From positions 1-64,000 of the IMG/VR virus record IMGVR_UViG_3300042691_032784: a stretch of 64,000 nucleotides of DNA. The stretch is one strand, 5' to 3'. Origin of the DNA: a virus. Below, one piece after another: positions 41,214 through 51,900 of this stretch (positions within the stretch are counted from its first letter, which is position 1; every line of letters begins with the position of its first letter). The notes beneath the pieces were generated by a model, which saw only the letters and a program-made list of their open reading frames with translations, was not told where the DNA came from and searched no databases. The position numbers were made by a program, and so were the translations under genes.

Positions 41214-41244
41214 AAAAAAAAGCGTCTACAATAGCAGACGCTTT
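41214..41244 (-). terminator. Intrinsic terminator
   Basis: aaagcgtct...agacgcttt stem with A8 tract on the + strand. Confidence 0.8.
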
Positions 41245-41265
41245 ATTAGTATTATCTAGAAGATA

Positions 41266-41913
41266 TTATACTTCTTCTTCTTCTTCTAAATCTTCTAAAT
41301 CTTCTTCTTCAAAATCTTCTGCTTCTCCAACAGAATGAGATTGTGAATTATTTTCATTATTTTCTTCACCTTCTACTTTAGCTTTTACAGCTCTTTTTTT
41401 AGCAGGTTTAGATTCTTTGAAAATTAATTCATAAGCAACTGTTTCACACATAACAGTTTCTCCGGCTTCATTTTTTAATTCAGTTTCAAGAGATACAGGA
41501 ATACCTTCACCTAAAGTAAAATATTCAACAGAATCTGATTTTCCTGATAAAATATTCCATGCACCGGCAGCAGTAAGTTTAAATAAAGAACTTCCTTCAG
41601 AAGCAGGTCTAGTTAAAGCACCAAAACCTGTATTTTCTTTATAAACAACTCTTCCTCTACCATCACGAACTTCTTTACCATTTTCGTCTAATTGTGGTTC
41701 TCCTTTTAAACCTTTTGCAAGATATACAGATACTTTTCTTGTTTCTGGGTCTTCAGTAGTTAAAACTACAATAGAATCATTTTCACGAATATCTAATTTT
41801 TGTTGAACTTTAGGAGTTAAACGAAATTCTCCTTTAGTAGTTACCGCCATAACTACTTCATGATTAAAAGTTTTTGCTTCTTTTTTACCTGTAATGTTTT
41901 TAAATACTAACAT
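41266..41913 (-). CDS. Hypothetical protein with acidic C-terminal tail
   Basis: 215 aa ending EDFEEEDLEDLEEEEEV. Confidence 0.7.
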   Translation of the reverse strand: MLVFKNITGKKEAKTFNHEVVMAVTTKGEFRLTPKVQQKLDIRENDSIVVLTTEDPETRKVSVYLAKGLKGEPQLDENGKEVRDGRGRVVYKENTGFGALTRPASEGSSLFKLTAAGAWNILSGKSDSVEYFTLGEGIPVSLETELKNEAGETVMCETVAYELIFKESKPAKKRAVKAKVEGEENNENNSQSHSVGEAEDFEEEDLEDLEEEEEV

Positions 41914-41939
41914 AATACTTTATTTAATAAATTTTGTTG

Positions 41940-42875
41940 TTAATTTTTTACTCTTTCTTGTAGAGTAGCATCAATAGTATAAGGAGTATTATATTCATCG
42001 GCAAGTTCAGAAATAGACATCATACCTAATAGTATATCATCTGCTATTTCTCTTGCTCCAATATTAAATGCTCTAGCATCTAACATTCTAGCAGGATGAT
42101 TAATCCAATTATCTTTATCTAAAAATCCTGCTGTTCTAGCATCTGAAATTTTATATTCAGCATATATTACTAAATCTTCATAACTACCATCAATTTGTTT
42201 TACTTTTCTTTTAAATTGATATTTAGTTATTCTATCTATAGATACATCACCTTTTATATGTAATTCTTGTGGAGCATCTTTAGTAGTAAATGTGCCTAAA
42301 ATAACAGGTACTTGTTTATCTACATTATTAACTTTAATTGTTCTAGTAACTACTACTAATTTATCTTCTACTTTTTTAGCTTTAGCATACTCAAACATAG
42401 GTTCATAATCATAGATTTTAGTAAACATAATTTTATTCCTTAAAATAAGACCTCTAATAATATGAGTACCCATAGAAGGTCTACCATTAATAGGATATAT
42501 ATTAGCAATACTAGCCATAAAAGGTAAATTATATTGATTACCTGTAATAATTGCTAAAATAACATCATTTGCATTTTTTAAAGGACTAAGTTTACTTTTA
42601 ATTATAACATTAGCTATCTGAGTCATATCATTAATATGACGTGCAGTATCTCTAATAAGAGCAAAGTTTTGAGTTTTGTTAGAATCATTACTAAAAGAAA
42701 GAGTAGGTATATTATTAGATTTTGCTATTAATTCTTCTTCCATCCCTGAAAGTTCAGCTTCAATAACTTCATCATCATTAATAATATCACTACTCTCTAC
42801 TTTTTCAGTGATAACCTTTCCTTGATTATCTTGTGTTTCTACATTTTCAACTTTCTCGTTGTTTTCGTTTATCAT
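41940..42875 (-). CDS. RecT/Bet-like single-strand annealing protein
   Basis: AIITG...IANIYPINGRPS, DARTAG...NWINHPARMLDARA...D-x-L-L-G. Confidence 0.7.
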   Translation of the reverse strand: MINENNEKVENVETQDNQGKVITEKVESSDIINDDEVIEAELSGMEEELIAKSNNIPTLSFSNDSNKTQNFALIRDTARHINDMTQIANVIIKSKLSPLKNANDVILAIITGNQYNLPFMASIANIYPINGRPSMGTHIIRGLILRNKIMFTKIYDYEPMFEYAKAKKVEDKLVVVTRTIKVNNVDKQVPVILGTFTTKDAPQELHIKGDVSIDRITKYQFKRKVKQIDGSYEDLVIYAEYKISDARTAGFLDKDNWINHPARMLDARAFNIGAREIADDILLGMMSISELADEYNTPYTIDATLQERVKN

Positions 42876-42946
42876 AATCTCTATTAAGAGTTTTAGTACT
42901 TTCGATTAAATATACTCGAATTGCCTTGTACTTGTTAAATGTGATA

Positions 42947-42977
42947 CAAATATAAGTCAATTATACGAGTTTACAAA
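42947..42977 (-). promoter_or_regulatory. Bacteroidota primary-sigma promoter
   Basis: Minus strand TTTG, 19 nt, TATATTTG, upstream of the RecT-like gene. Confidence 0.8.
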
Positions 42978-43028
42978 ATAAATAGTAATTTATTTTACTA
43001 AATTTTTATAATTTTTTTCATCAATTTT

Positions 43029-44054
43029 TTAAGTATTACTTTCCGGCTCAATTTCAAAGAATTTTCCTCTTTCAAGGGCATTTTCAAACCAAACACTACC
43101 TACATTACTAAATCTATTTTTTAATAAAAGAAGATGTACTAATTTACTTGTTTTAAATCTTTTTCTACCATATTCAAGAATACCTAATAATTCAGGTTGA
43201 TGAATAACAGTAACAATATCACAAGCATTATATAATTGAGCTTGTGCATATACATCTGATTTTATAGGAAAATGACCTTGAACATTTTTAATTCTTTCAA
43301 GTTTTTCTATTTCATTATTTAATTGACCTATAAATAATACTAAATATCCTTTCTTTTTAAGATGTATAGCAAGTGAAGCTAAACCAAACATAGTATCTAT
43401 AATAGAATTTCCTTCTTTTCCTACTACTAAAAGTGTATGGTCAAGAGCAACAACAACTTTAGGAAAAAGAGGTTTAGTTCCATTTTCAATTTCTAATGCA
43501 TATTTATCTTGATAAAATTTAATAGCTACTTTAATATTTTCAATAATACCTGATAATGTTGTAGGTTCATCAAAATAATAATGGTCATCTTTATCATCTT
43601 CTGTTAAAATATCTTTAATAGTTTGAAACTCAAAATCATTAACTCTATTATATTTTCCTGTTTCTTTATTAATTTCAGAACTAAGTAAATATAAATGTGA
43701 TTTTTCTACTTTAGAACTAATACCTCTAATTACTTCATCAGAAGGTATCATTTCCCAAGTATTATGAACTATTACAAGAGGTTCTTCAAAATTACCATTA
43801 ATTTTAGGATTTTTAAAATCTTCTAATAACATATTTAAAAATGAAGATTTTCCATGACCTGAAAGACCATTAATAGATACTACTTGTTTAAATCTAAAAT
43901 ATTTACCAATAGCTGTATTTAATTTACCAAAACGAGTTCTTAAACCAAGTTGTTTACCACTTCTTTCTAATTCTATAGTTTTAAGTGCTTCTTCATTAAT
44001 ATCTTTTTTAGTTTTTAATGTAGGTACATATAAATCTTTAGCTTTAGAAGTCAT
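43029..44054 (-). CDS. DnaB-like (SF4) replicative helicase, motor domain only
   Basis: GLSGHGKS Walker A, VALDH, GQLN, LLKNRF. Confidence 0.85.
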   Translation of the reverse strand: MTSKAKDLYVPTLKTKKDINEEALKTIELERSGKQLGLRTRFGKLNTAIGKYFRFKQVVSINGLSGHGKSSFLNMLLEDFKNPKINGNFEEPLVIVHNTWEMIPSDEVIRGISSKVEKSHLYLLSSEINKETGKYNRVNDFEFQTIKDILTEDDKDDHYYFDEPTTLSGIIENIKVAIKFYQDKYALEIENGTKPLFPKVVVALDHTLLVVGKEGNSIIDTMFGLASLAIHLKKKGYLVLFIGQLNNEIEKLERIKNVQGHFPIKSDVYAQAQLYNACDIVTVIHQPELLGILEYGRKRFKTSKLVHLLLLKNRFSNVGSVWFENALERGKFFEIEPESNT

Positions 44055-44601
44055 GGTCTATTTTAAGTAATGTAGTTTCTTTAATTTTACCTTCTAATCT
44101 TTTTGGTCTAATTATTAACCAATATTTACTTTTAAGAAATTTTTCAATTCCTATATTAAGGATATTATTTTCTTTTGCATATTGTATATCTTTAATTACT
44201 TCTAAATGTTCTAATATAGAACTTTGAATATAAGTATCATATAAATTAGCAAAAATATTTCTATCCATAGCAGTAAGAGGTATATCCATTCCATCTTTAT
44301 TATAATGTGTAGGATATACACTAAAAATTTGCTCACAAGCTTCATGTTTATTAATAAATATAGAAAGAAATTTAGTACTTAAAGTAATTTTATCTTCTTT
44401 AGATTTAATTAATAAACCTTTTTTAATTAAATCATCTGTATAATATTGACCAATCATAGTACCATCATCACTAGGAAATTTTTCTTTATATTTTCTAATT
44501 AAATCAGGTCTATTTTTATATATAAGATAAAGTAATAAAAATTGAGCTTGAGTAATATCATGTTCTATTAAAAAAGATACATAAGAATCTTCTACTATCA
44601 T
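44044..44601 (-). CDS. Hypothetical replication-associated protein (possible initiator/helicase loader)
   Basis: Winged-helix-like N-terminus (LIKKGLL), F-x-V-Y-P motif; coupled to DnaB-like gene. Confidence 0.45.
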   Translation of the reverse strand: MIVEDSYVSFLIEHDITQAQFLLLYLIYKNRPDLIRKYKEKFPSDDGTMIGQYYTDDLIKKGLLIKSKEDKITLSTKFLSIFINKHEACEQIFSVYPTHYNKDGMDIPLTAMDRNIFANLYDTYIQSSILEHLEVIKDIQYAKENNILNIGIEKFLKSKYWLIIRPKRLEGKIKETTLLKIDHDF

Positions 44602-44604
44602 CTT

Positions 44605-46014
44605 TTATAAGTCATTAGTTGTAAATTCTATATTAGCAGGTGGTATATATGAAATATCTTCAATAGAATTTACCCAAACAATTTCATGTTTAGAATTTTC
44701 TTGTCTTTTTCTTAACCACTTTTCATCTTGAGTTCCTACTACATATAAATTAACAAGTAATACTGGAACATCTCCAAAAATATTATGTTCTTTTCTTCCT
44801 GTTCTACCTCTACGTTGTTTATATTGAGTAGGATTTTGAGTACCACTAGTAGTTAATCCAAATCTTAAATCTTCAATATCTAAACCTCTATCAAGAGATT
44901 TAGCAGTACATAAAACTCTAGCAGTACCTTTTTTAATACTATTAATAGCTAGAGTTTTTAATCTTACTTTACCAAGTTTAATAAGTTTACCTGTTTTTTC
45001 AGATGTAACTACTTTAGTTTGTATTTTACTATGGTAAATAACAGTAGGATGATTATTAGTATTTAATATATCTCCTAACTTATCAGCAAATTCAGCTGAT
45101 TCAGAAAATACAATAGTTTTAACTTTATTAAATTTATTAATAAGTTCTAATGAAGCTGTATATTTACTTTCTACTTGATTAAGAAGTTCTTTTCTAAACC
45201 TAATAGCATTCATTACACTTCTTGCATAACCTATAATATGATTAGGATTCCAAAGATTATTAAGTTCTTCGTGTTGAGGTATAGATAGATTTAAATCTTG
45301 TTTCCAACCTTTTTTTAAAGCAAATGATAATGCCCAACTTGCACCTGCAAAATATCTTTTATTATTATCATAACCACCAGATATTATTTTTTGTGCTAAA
45401 TCAAGTTTATTTTCTAATCTAGGAAGATAATCATTTATTTTTGCTGTATATATATCATACTTCTCTTGTTCTTTTTCTGTTAGAGTTAATCCATAATTAT
45501 ATTCAACAAAATCTGCAATAAATCCTTTTTCTTTAGCTTCTTCAACATCTATAGTATCAATAATATTATAATAATTAAGAATAGGTTTAAAATTCTTATC
45601 ATCACAAGATGCGGTTAATCCTATAAACATTTTAGGTTTTACTAAAGTTTTATTAATAACTTTAATTCGTTCAGGAGAAGAAAATTCATGTAATTCATCA
45701 ATAATTAAAACATCTACTTCATATATTTGATTTTCAAGTAATAATTGTTGTACTGTTTTAACTAAGATTCTTTCATAAATATATTTAGGAAAAGTTTCTT
45801 TAAGTTTTTCTTCCCATTGTTTAACTAATGCACTTCCTGGAACTAATACTAAATAACTATGTTTTTTAATAGTTTCTAGTTGTTTAATACAAAGAGAAGC
45901 AGTAAATGTTTTACCAACACCTGTAGCATAATTAAATATACCATTACAGTTATTATTAAACCATTTATCTTTACCTTCTAGTTGTCTCTGTAATTTATCT
46001 TCATTTATTTGCAT
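44605..46014 (-). CDS. Superfamily 2 helicase
   Basis: ATGVGKT, IIDELH, GLTAS, LDRGLD, QRRGRTGR. Confidence 0.9.
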   Translation of the reverse strand: MQINEDKLQRQLEGKDKWFNNNCNGIFNYATGVGKTFTASLCIKQLETIKKHSYLVLVPGSALVKQWEEKLKETFPKYIYERILVKTVQQLLLENQIYEVDVLIIDELHEFSSPERIKVINKTLVKPKMFIGLTASCDDKNFKPILNYYNIIDTIDVEEAKEKGFIADFVEYNYGLTLTEKEQEKYDIYTAKINDYLPRLENKLDLAQKIISGGYDNNKRYFAGASWALSFALKKGWKQDLNLSIPQHEELNNLWNPNHIIGYARSVMNAIRFRKELLNQVESKYTASLELINKFNKVKTIVFSESAEFADKLGDILNTNNHPTVIYHSKIQTKVVTSEKTGKLIKLGKVRLKTLAINSIKKGTARVLCTAKSLDRGLDIEDLRFGLTTSGTQNPTQYKQRRGRTGRKEHNIFGDVPVLLVNLYVVGTQDEKWLRKRQENSKHEIVWVNSIEDISYIPPANIEFTTNDL

Positions 46015-46493
46015 AATTGAAGTCTACTTGCAATTTCTAAATCACCGTCATTTAATTCTGCAATAATAGCAGTTCTATCATTTAAAGATTTTAAATATAA
46101 ATCTTTAACAGTTCTAGGAATATTAATATCTTTTGCATATTTAGGTTTTAATATAACAATATCACCTATATTTACATAAGTTTTTAATTCTCCTGTTCCT
46201 TTATTTACAAATTCTAAAAATAAAGGAGGGTCAAAACCATAAATTAGATTAGGATTTTTTTTATCTAATTCTACAATATCTTGTAAAGTTTTAAGATGAG
46301 AATAATCTTCTTCTATATTATTTACAAGTTTTACAGTAACACCTTTTTTAAGTTTTACATGAATTAAATCTTTATTAGGAATAGGATTATATTTAGTTCC
46401 AACACTATTATCTATGGGGGAAACTTTTTTACCTGTATTACCTGATAAAGGTTTAAATTTAAGTTCTTTATTATCTTCCATTATTTTAGCCAA
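46005..46493 (-). CDS. Hypothetical protein
   Basis: 162 aa ORF overlapping both neighbours. Confidence 0.55.
   Translation of the reverse strand: MAKIMEDNKELKFKPLSGNTGKKVSPIDNSVGTKYNPIPNKDLIHVKLKKGVTVKLVNNIEEDYSHLKTLQDIVELDKKNPNLIYGFDPPLFLEFVNKGTGELKTYVNIGDIVILKPKYAKDINIPRTVKDLYLKSLNDRTAIIAELNDGDLEIASRLQLCK
46399..46423 (+). repeat. Dispersed motif copy 12
   Basis: ccaacactattatctatgggggaaa. Confidence 0.8.
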
Positions 46494-48811
46494 TAAGGTT
46501 TTGTTTCTAATTCTACTTTAATTTTTACATTATTAAGGTATCTATTAGCTACTTCTTCAAGTACTATTTTAATTACTTGTGGTAAATTATCTAATTTTTC
46601 CCCCTTAGAAAAAGGATGATTGATTTGATTACCTAATGAATTAAATAATATATATTCATCTGAATATCCATCTAATTCTTTAGTTATCCTAATAACAAAT
46701 TCATCATGTACCCAAGCTAGTTGATTAGCATCTATTTTATTTTTAATAAAATATTTATTTAATACAACAGCAGCTTCTTTAAGAAATGTAGCTTGTGTTC
46801 CTTGAATACGTTTATTACGAGCGGCAGATAAAGCTTCAGATATTTCAATAAAATTATCTTTTTCATTAATTTCTTTTTTAAGAAGTTTAATTAATGAAGG
46901 AAACCAAGCTCTAGCATTAGTTCTTGAGTCAAATATTACAAAACCATTCTTTTTAGCAAAAGCAGATGCTTCTTTAACCATTTTAATAGTATTAGGAATT
47001 TCTGATTCAATAGTTTGTATTACAATTTTACCTTCTTCAGTTGGTATATTTAAAGTATTACCTGCTTTTTTAGGATACATACCATAAATAACTCCAAATG
47101 TCATTGGTTTAAAAGCATTACGAATATCTCCAAGACTTTTAGTAACTAAATATTCTTTAGTTAATCTTACATACTCACGATATTGGTCTTTTAATTTATC
47201 AGTAACTCCTTTACTATTAACTGTAAAAAATTCTAATAATTTTTTAGCTCTATAATAATAAATATTTCTCCAACAATTAGTAGCCATATGACTATGCATA
47301 TCTTGTTCAGATAATTCAATAAGTCTAAAATCTTGAGCATGAGAAGCCATAACAATTAATTCTGCTCCACTATAATCAGCAGTAACTAAACTATATTTTT
47401 CTGCATCAACAGTAAAACAATTTCTATATTCATTACTACGTGGAATATTTTGAGCATTATATTTATCAGGTTCATTATCTCCACCTCCGGATTGATATCT
47501 ACCAGTAACTGCTTCACATTGTCTAAAAATAGTATGAATTTTATTAGTAACAGGATTAATTTTATTTATAAAATTTTCTCCATAAGTACTTAAAGATTTT
47601 TCTAATTTACTATGTTTAATAAGTAATTTTATAAAGTCCTTCATTAAACAATCAGGTTTTAAAATTAAATATCTTTGTAATAAATCAGCTTTAATACTAT
47701 AAGCATCTACTTTACCAATAAGTTTACCTTTATTATCAAATTGTGGAATAGCAAAAGTTTCATCAGGTTTAATCATAGGTTCTTGTAAAGCAGCAAATAT
47801 ATGAACTATATCTTTTTTAGATTTATAATTTATATTTCCTGTTTCAACAGTAAGTTTCTTTTTAAGACCAGAAAAACTTTTAGAAGTCATTGGGTCACCA
47901 AATAAATCTTTTTGATTTACAGTACCATCAGAATTAATAAAAGAATCTAATTCAGAAGGTTTTCTTTCTTTATTAAATTTTTGACCTCCTAAAGATACTT
48001 TAATATCTATTTTAAAATCATTATTAAAATTAATTTTAAATTCTTTAAGTTTACGAACTTCATTATCTAGTTCTACTTTAATATTAAATAATTCTTGTTT
48101 TTCTTTTATTATTCTTTTTCTCCATAATTCAGTATCAAATACAAAACCTTCTAATTCTGCTTTTGCAATGATATTAATTAATGGAAATTCAATACCATAA
48201 ATTAAAAAAGGAACTTGATATTTTTTAATTAATTTTTGTTGTACTTTTCTAACATCAAATAAATCAACTAAATCTCCTTTAAGATAATATAAATGTGATG
48301 CAGTTATTTTAAATTTTGTAATATCAGCACCAATAAATTCATCTCTAGTAGTTTTTAATATAACTTTATTTAAATGTCTTTTAACAACTTCAGAATAACT
48401 AAAATTATAACCAAGTCCCATAAATAATCTTTGGTCTGCAATCATAGTATCATACAATTTTGTAAATAAAATATTATATTGTACTTTTACTATTTTAATA
48501 TCATATTTAAGATTATGACCTAGTAATATTGTATTGTATTTAATAAGATTATTAAATATATATTCAATATTAATAGTCCAATCAAACATAATTTGCTTTG
48601 ATTTAGTACCAAAACCATATAAGATAGGAGTTAATAAATATGCATCAAGACCATTAGCTTCAATATCAAAAGCTAAAATTTTTCTTTTACTAAAGTATTG
48701 ATAATATATATTTTTACCTTCATTTTCATCTAAAATTATAATATCGGGAAAAATAGATTTATTAATACTTTTAGTATAATATTCTTTATTATTAGTTACA
48801 AAGTATATCAT
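46481..48811 (-). CDS. polA: Family A DNA polymerase with 3'-5' exonuclease domain
   Basis: FDIEANGL, HNLKYD, YDTM; TGRYQS, DYSGAEL (A), RNAFKPMTFGVIYG (B), IQGT, VHDE (C). Confidence 0.93.
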   Translation of the reverse strand: MIYFVTNNKEYYTKSINKSIFPDIIILDENEGKNIYYQYFSKRKILAFDIEANGLDAYLLTPILYGFGTKSKQIMFDWTINIEYIFNNLIKYNTILLGHNLKYDIKIVKVQYNILFTKLYDTMIADQRLFMGLGYNFSYSEVVKRHLNKVILKTTRDEFIGADITKFKITASHLYYLKGDLVDLFDVRKVQQKLIKKYQVPFLIYGIEFPLINIIAKAELEGFVFDTELWRKRIIKEKQELFNIKVELDNEVRKLKEFKINFNNDFKIDIKVSLGGQKFNKERKPSELDSFINSDGTVNQKDLFGDPMTSKSFSGLKKKLTVETGNINYKSKKDIVHIFAALQEPMIKPDETFAIPQFDNKGKLIGKVDAYSIKADLLQRYLILKPDCLMKDFIKLLIKHSKLEKSLSTYGENFINKINPVTNKIHTIFRQCEAVTGRYQSGGGDNEPDKYNAQNIPRSNEYRNCFTVDAEKYSLVTADYSGAELIVMASHAQDFRLIELSEQDMHSHMATNCWRNIYYYRAKKLLEFFTVNSKGVTDKLKDQYREYVRLTKEYLVTKSLGDIRNAFKPMTFGVIYGMYPKKAGNTLNIPTEEGKIVIQTIESEIPNTIKMVKEASAFAKKNGFVIFDSRTNARAWFPSLIKLLKKEINEKDNFIEISEALSAARNKRIQGTQATFLKEAAVVLNKYFIKNKIDANQLAWVHDEFVIRITKELDGYSDEYILFNSLGNQINHPFSKGEKLDNLPQVIKIVLEEVANRYLNNVKIKVELETKPYWLK
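46597..46622 (-). repeat. Dispersed motif copy 13 (left half degenerate)
   Basis: reverse complement caatcatcctttttctaagggggaaa. Confidence 0.65.
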
Positions 48812-48813
48812 AA

Positions 48814-49116
48814 TTAAAATACATCAAAGTTAGTATCTCCTTTTTCAAGTTTATTAAATGCTCCTATAACAGAAGTTTTTAATAAATCCCAATATTTTAA
48901 TGAAGGATGTTCATAATGGTAATAATTAATAATATTATTAATATTTAGATTTTTAGATTCTAAATAACTAATATAATATTTAATACAAGTTTCTATATTA
49001 GAACTTTCAATTTTAAGTAATAATTCTTTATTACCTAATGCTTGTAATAGATATAATCTACATTCTTTAAAAGTATTACTATTTTTTGCTATTGCTTGTA
49101 TTAAAGCATTATGCAT
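48814..49116 (-). CDS. Hypothetical protein
   Basis: 100 aa ORF. Confidence 0.55.
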   Translation of the reverse strand: MHNALIQAIAKNSNTFKECRLYLLQALGNKELLLKIESSNIETCIKYYISYLESKNLNINNIINYYHYEHPSLKYWDLLKTSVIGAFNKLEKGDTNFDVF

Positions 49117-50458
49117 AAATAATATTAAGTTTAGAAGTTCTAGAAAGAGCTACATAAATAAGTTTACGTCTTTCACTAGCAGTTCTATTTTTTAATAAAT
49201 CACTAAGTAATATAGATACATTTTCATAAGTACTTCCTTGAGATTTATGTACAGTTATTGCATAACCGTAGTCTAAATCTTTACTAGCAACTAAAGAACC
49301 ATGTTCATCAATAATATCTTCAAAAAGACAAATAGGGTCTTTAAAATCATAAAATTGTTTCCATCTTCTTTGAGTTTTACCAATATTAAGTCTAATATTA
49401 TATTCTTTAATAAAATCTTCATAACTATCTGGATGTAAAATAAATACAGGTAAAGAACAATCTTTAAATTCTACTGAATATCCTTTTAATTTTACTCCTA
49501 AAATAACATTATCGATAATTCTTACTTGAGATACAATATAATCTGCTGAATTTTCAATTATAGGAATATAATAAGGAGCTACTTTAATCTCTTTAGTAAT
49601 AGATTTATAACCCATTAAAATATCACCTACTTCAATTAATTCATTTGATTGAATAATTTTACCTCTAATATATCTGTTTAAAACTTTAACAGTTTTATTA
49701 GTCCAAGCAATAGTTTTAACAATATCAGGATTTTGATTATATTCTGCATCATAATATTTTTCTACAGTAGCATCATAAAATTCAGCTTTTTCTAATCTTT
49801 TAAATCCTTCATTTTCATTAATATCTATTTTAATATCTGTAAGATATTGCATAATATTATCTGTTTCATCTCGTACATCATTTCTAGCAATCTCAATTAA
49901 TTTTTGATTAGGATTACTATTAGATTGTCTAACAATAGTTTCTAAATTAACTATATTAGTTAATAAGAATACTTTACTTATTTTTTCGTTTACAGGAGGT
50001 AATTGATATTTATCTCCCATAAATATTACTTTTACTTTATGTTTAACAGCTTTTTCATATATTAAATCAATAATAGCACTATTAAGCATAGATGCTTCAT
50101 CTATTACTAATATTTGATAATATTGAATTGTTTCTTCAGCTAGTTGCATAAAGATTGGTTTATTAGGATTGAAATCTTCTATTTCAACATTAGGTCTTAA
50201 TCCTAATAATTTTTGAATCGTCTCAGCAGGACGATTAGTAGACTTAGCTATAACTTTTTTAGCTTTATGAGTAGGGGCAGAAACTACAACTTTTTTATGT
50301 TTAAGATTTTGTAATATAATATTCATTACAGTAGTTTTACCTGTTCCAGCATAACCACTTAATGTAATAAAATAATCATCTTCTCTTTTAAAAATTCTAT
50401 TTTCTGCCCAACTTTTAATAGTATTAGCCGCTACTTCTTGGTCTGGGGTTAATATCAT
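49109..50458 (-). CDS. Dda/RecD-like SF1B helicase
   Basis: GYAGTGKT, APTHKA, IDEASM, GDKYQLPPV, YAITVHKSQGST, YVALSR. Confidence 0.92.
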   Translation of the reverse strand: MILTPDQEVAANTIKSWAENRIFKREDDYFITLSGYAGTGKTTVMNIILQNLKHKKVVVSAPTHKAKKVIAKSTNRPAETIQKLLGLRPNVEIEDFNPNKPIFMQLAEETIQYYQILVIDEASMLNSAIIDLIYEKAVKHKVKVIFMGDKYQLPPVNEKISKVFLLTNIVNLETIVRQSNSNPNQKLIEIARNDVRDETDNIMQYLTDIKIDINENEGFKRLEKAEFYDATVEKYYDAEYNQNPDIVKTIAWTNKTVKVLNRYIRGKIIQSNELIEVGDILMGYKSITKEIKVAPYYIPIIENSADYIVSQVRIIDNVILGVKLKGYSVEFKDCSLPVFILHPDSYEDFIKEYNIRLNIGKTQRRWKQFYDFKDPICLFEDIIDEHGSLVASKDLDYGYAITVHKSQGSTYENVSILLSDLLKNRTASERRKLIYVALSRTSKLNIIYA

Positions 50459-50459
50459 A

Positions 50460-51128
50460 TTAATATATATCTTGAATTTCTCCTTTTATCCAAGATTGAA
50501 ATTTAACATCAGTTAATAACATAATTAAAACAACATCTGTTGTTGCTTCTACATCCTGCATAGCATCATGAGCATTATATTTATCACTTAATTTAGTTTT
50601 AAAGTAATATTCATATAATGCTTCTAGTTTAGGAAATTTATAAGTTCCTGGATAACTAGGATTAGGAAGTTTAACAATATTAGTATTATATTTCATAGTG
50701 CAAAAAGCTCTACAATTTTTTTTAGCAAGAGGTGTAATACCAAGTCTTAATAATTCAGATGCCATAACATTTCTATCAAATTGAATATTATGAGCAATAA
50801 TAAAATCTACAGAATTAGTATAACCTTGAAACATAAAAGCTACATCAATAATATTTTTACCTTCTTCAAAAGCTTTATCAAAAGATATATTATGTACTTT
50901 AAATGCTTCTTTATCTTGTTTTAATTCTTTATTTTCTCTAATAGGTAATATTAGATGATTAAAAGTATGAATTACTTTAGGATTAAAATCATTAACTGTT
51001 TCGTCAATTTCAATAATTTTACCTGCAAGTTGTAAAACATGAGGATAATTATTTAAATCATCTTCTGCTTTTGAATAATGTTTTGGTTTACCGTTTGTTT
51101 CAGTATCAAAAATAAGTATTTTTTTCAT
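50460..51128 (-). CDS. DEDDh 3'-5' exonuclease (DnaQ-like)
   Basis: FDTETNG, AHNIQFD, AHDAMQD. Confidence 0.9.
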   Translation of the reverse strand: MKKILIFDTETNGKPKHYSKAEDDLNNYPHVLQLAGKIIEIDETVNDFNPKVIHTFNHLILPIRENKELKQDKEAFKVHNISFDKAFEEGKNIIDVAFMFQGYTNSVDFIIAHNIQFDRNVMASELLRLGITPLAKKNCRAFCTMKYNTNIVKLPNPSYPGTYKFPKLEALYEYYFKTKLSDKYNAHDAMQDVEATTDVVLIMLLTDVKFQSWIKGEIQDIY

Positions 51129-51132
51129 AGTA

Positions 51133-51300
51133 TTATTTGTTTTTTAATCGTTTAGTTAAATAACATACAACACAAATAATACCTGTTTTAGAATAAGTAG
51201 TATTAATAACTTTAACATAAGTTTCTTCGTTATTAAGACTATTTAATTCATTTTCTACTTCATTTGGAATGCCTGTAATTACTTTAAATTTACCTTCCAT
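51133..51300 (-). CDS. Small hypothetical protein (55 aa, not in ORF track)
   Basis: MEGKFKVITGIPNEVENELNSLNNEETYVKVINTTYSKTGIICVVCYLTKRLKNK. Confidence 0.55.
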   Translation of the reverse strand: MEGKFKVITGIPNEVENELNSLNNEETYVKVINTTYSKTGIICVVCYLTKRLKNK

Positions 51301-51337
51301 TTGTTTTATTTTATTTTGGATTAAAATTAAGTTAGTT

Positions 51338-51592
51338 TTAATTAGATTTATAACAAGTAAATTCTTTAGGAATTTTATTAATATTAGTAGTAATATGAGT
51401 CATTGGTTCAGCAATGTCTTTACATTCATTTTTACCTACAAAATATGTAGTATGTACAATTTGTCCTTTATCATTAGTAGATTGCCAAGTTACTGGGTCT
51501 GTAACTAATATACAATCACAAGGATTATAATCAGGACAATCATGAGAACAACTTATAGTAATTAAACTTAATAATACAAATACTTTTTTCAT
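51338..51592 (-). CDS. Small Cys-rich lipoprotein
   Basis: MKK, hydrophobic stretch, lipobox TISC; additional Cys residues. Confidence 0.7.
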   Translation of the reverse strand: MKKVFVLLSLITISCSHDCPDYNPCDCILVTDPVTWQSTNDKGQIVHTTYFVGKNECKDIAEPMTHITTNINKIPKEFTCYKSN

Positions 51593-51888
51593 CTTTTTTT
51601 CTTTTTTTTAATTACTCTTTTAATTGGTTTAGAACTTAATTTTTGTTGTTTTAATTTTTCAACTAATTTATTAAATTCCTCAACATATTTAACTTGTTTA
51701 AAAATTAATCTAGTTTTATAAGCATATTCTGCTTTTAAATCATTAAGATAATCTGAATTAATTTCTGTTCTAGTTATTTTTTCTATTTGAGTTTTTAAAT
51801 AACCAATAGACATATCTTTAATAGGATATTCTCTATTAAATACTTGAGGGTAATTTTCATGTTCTAATTTAATTTTATCTAAACTCAT
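51589..51888 (-). CDS. Hypothetical protein
   Basis: 99 aa, basic C-terminus. Confidence 0.55.
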   Translation of the reverse strand: MSLDKIKLEHENYPQVFNREYPIKDMSIGYLKTQIEKITRTEINSDYLNDLKAEYAYKTRLIFKQVKYVEEFNKLVEKLKQQKLSSKPIKRVIKKKKKR

Positions 51889-51900
51889 AGTACTATTATA

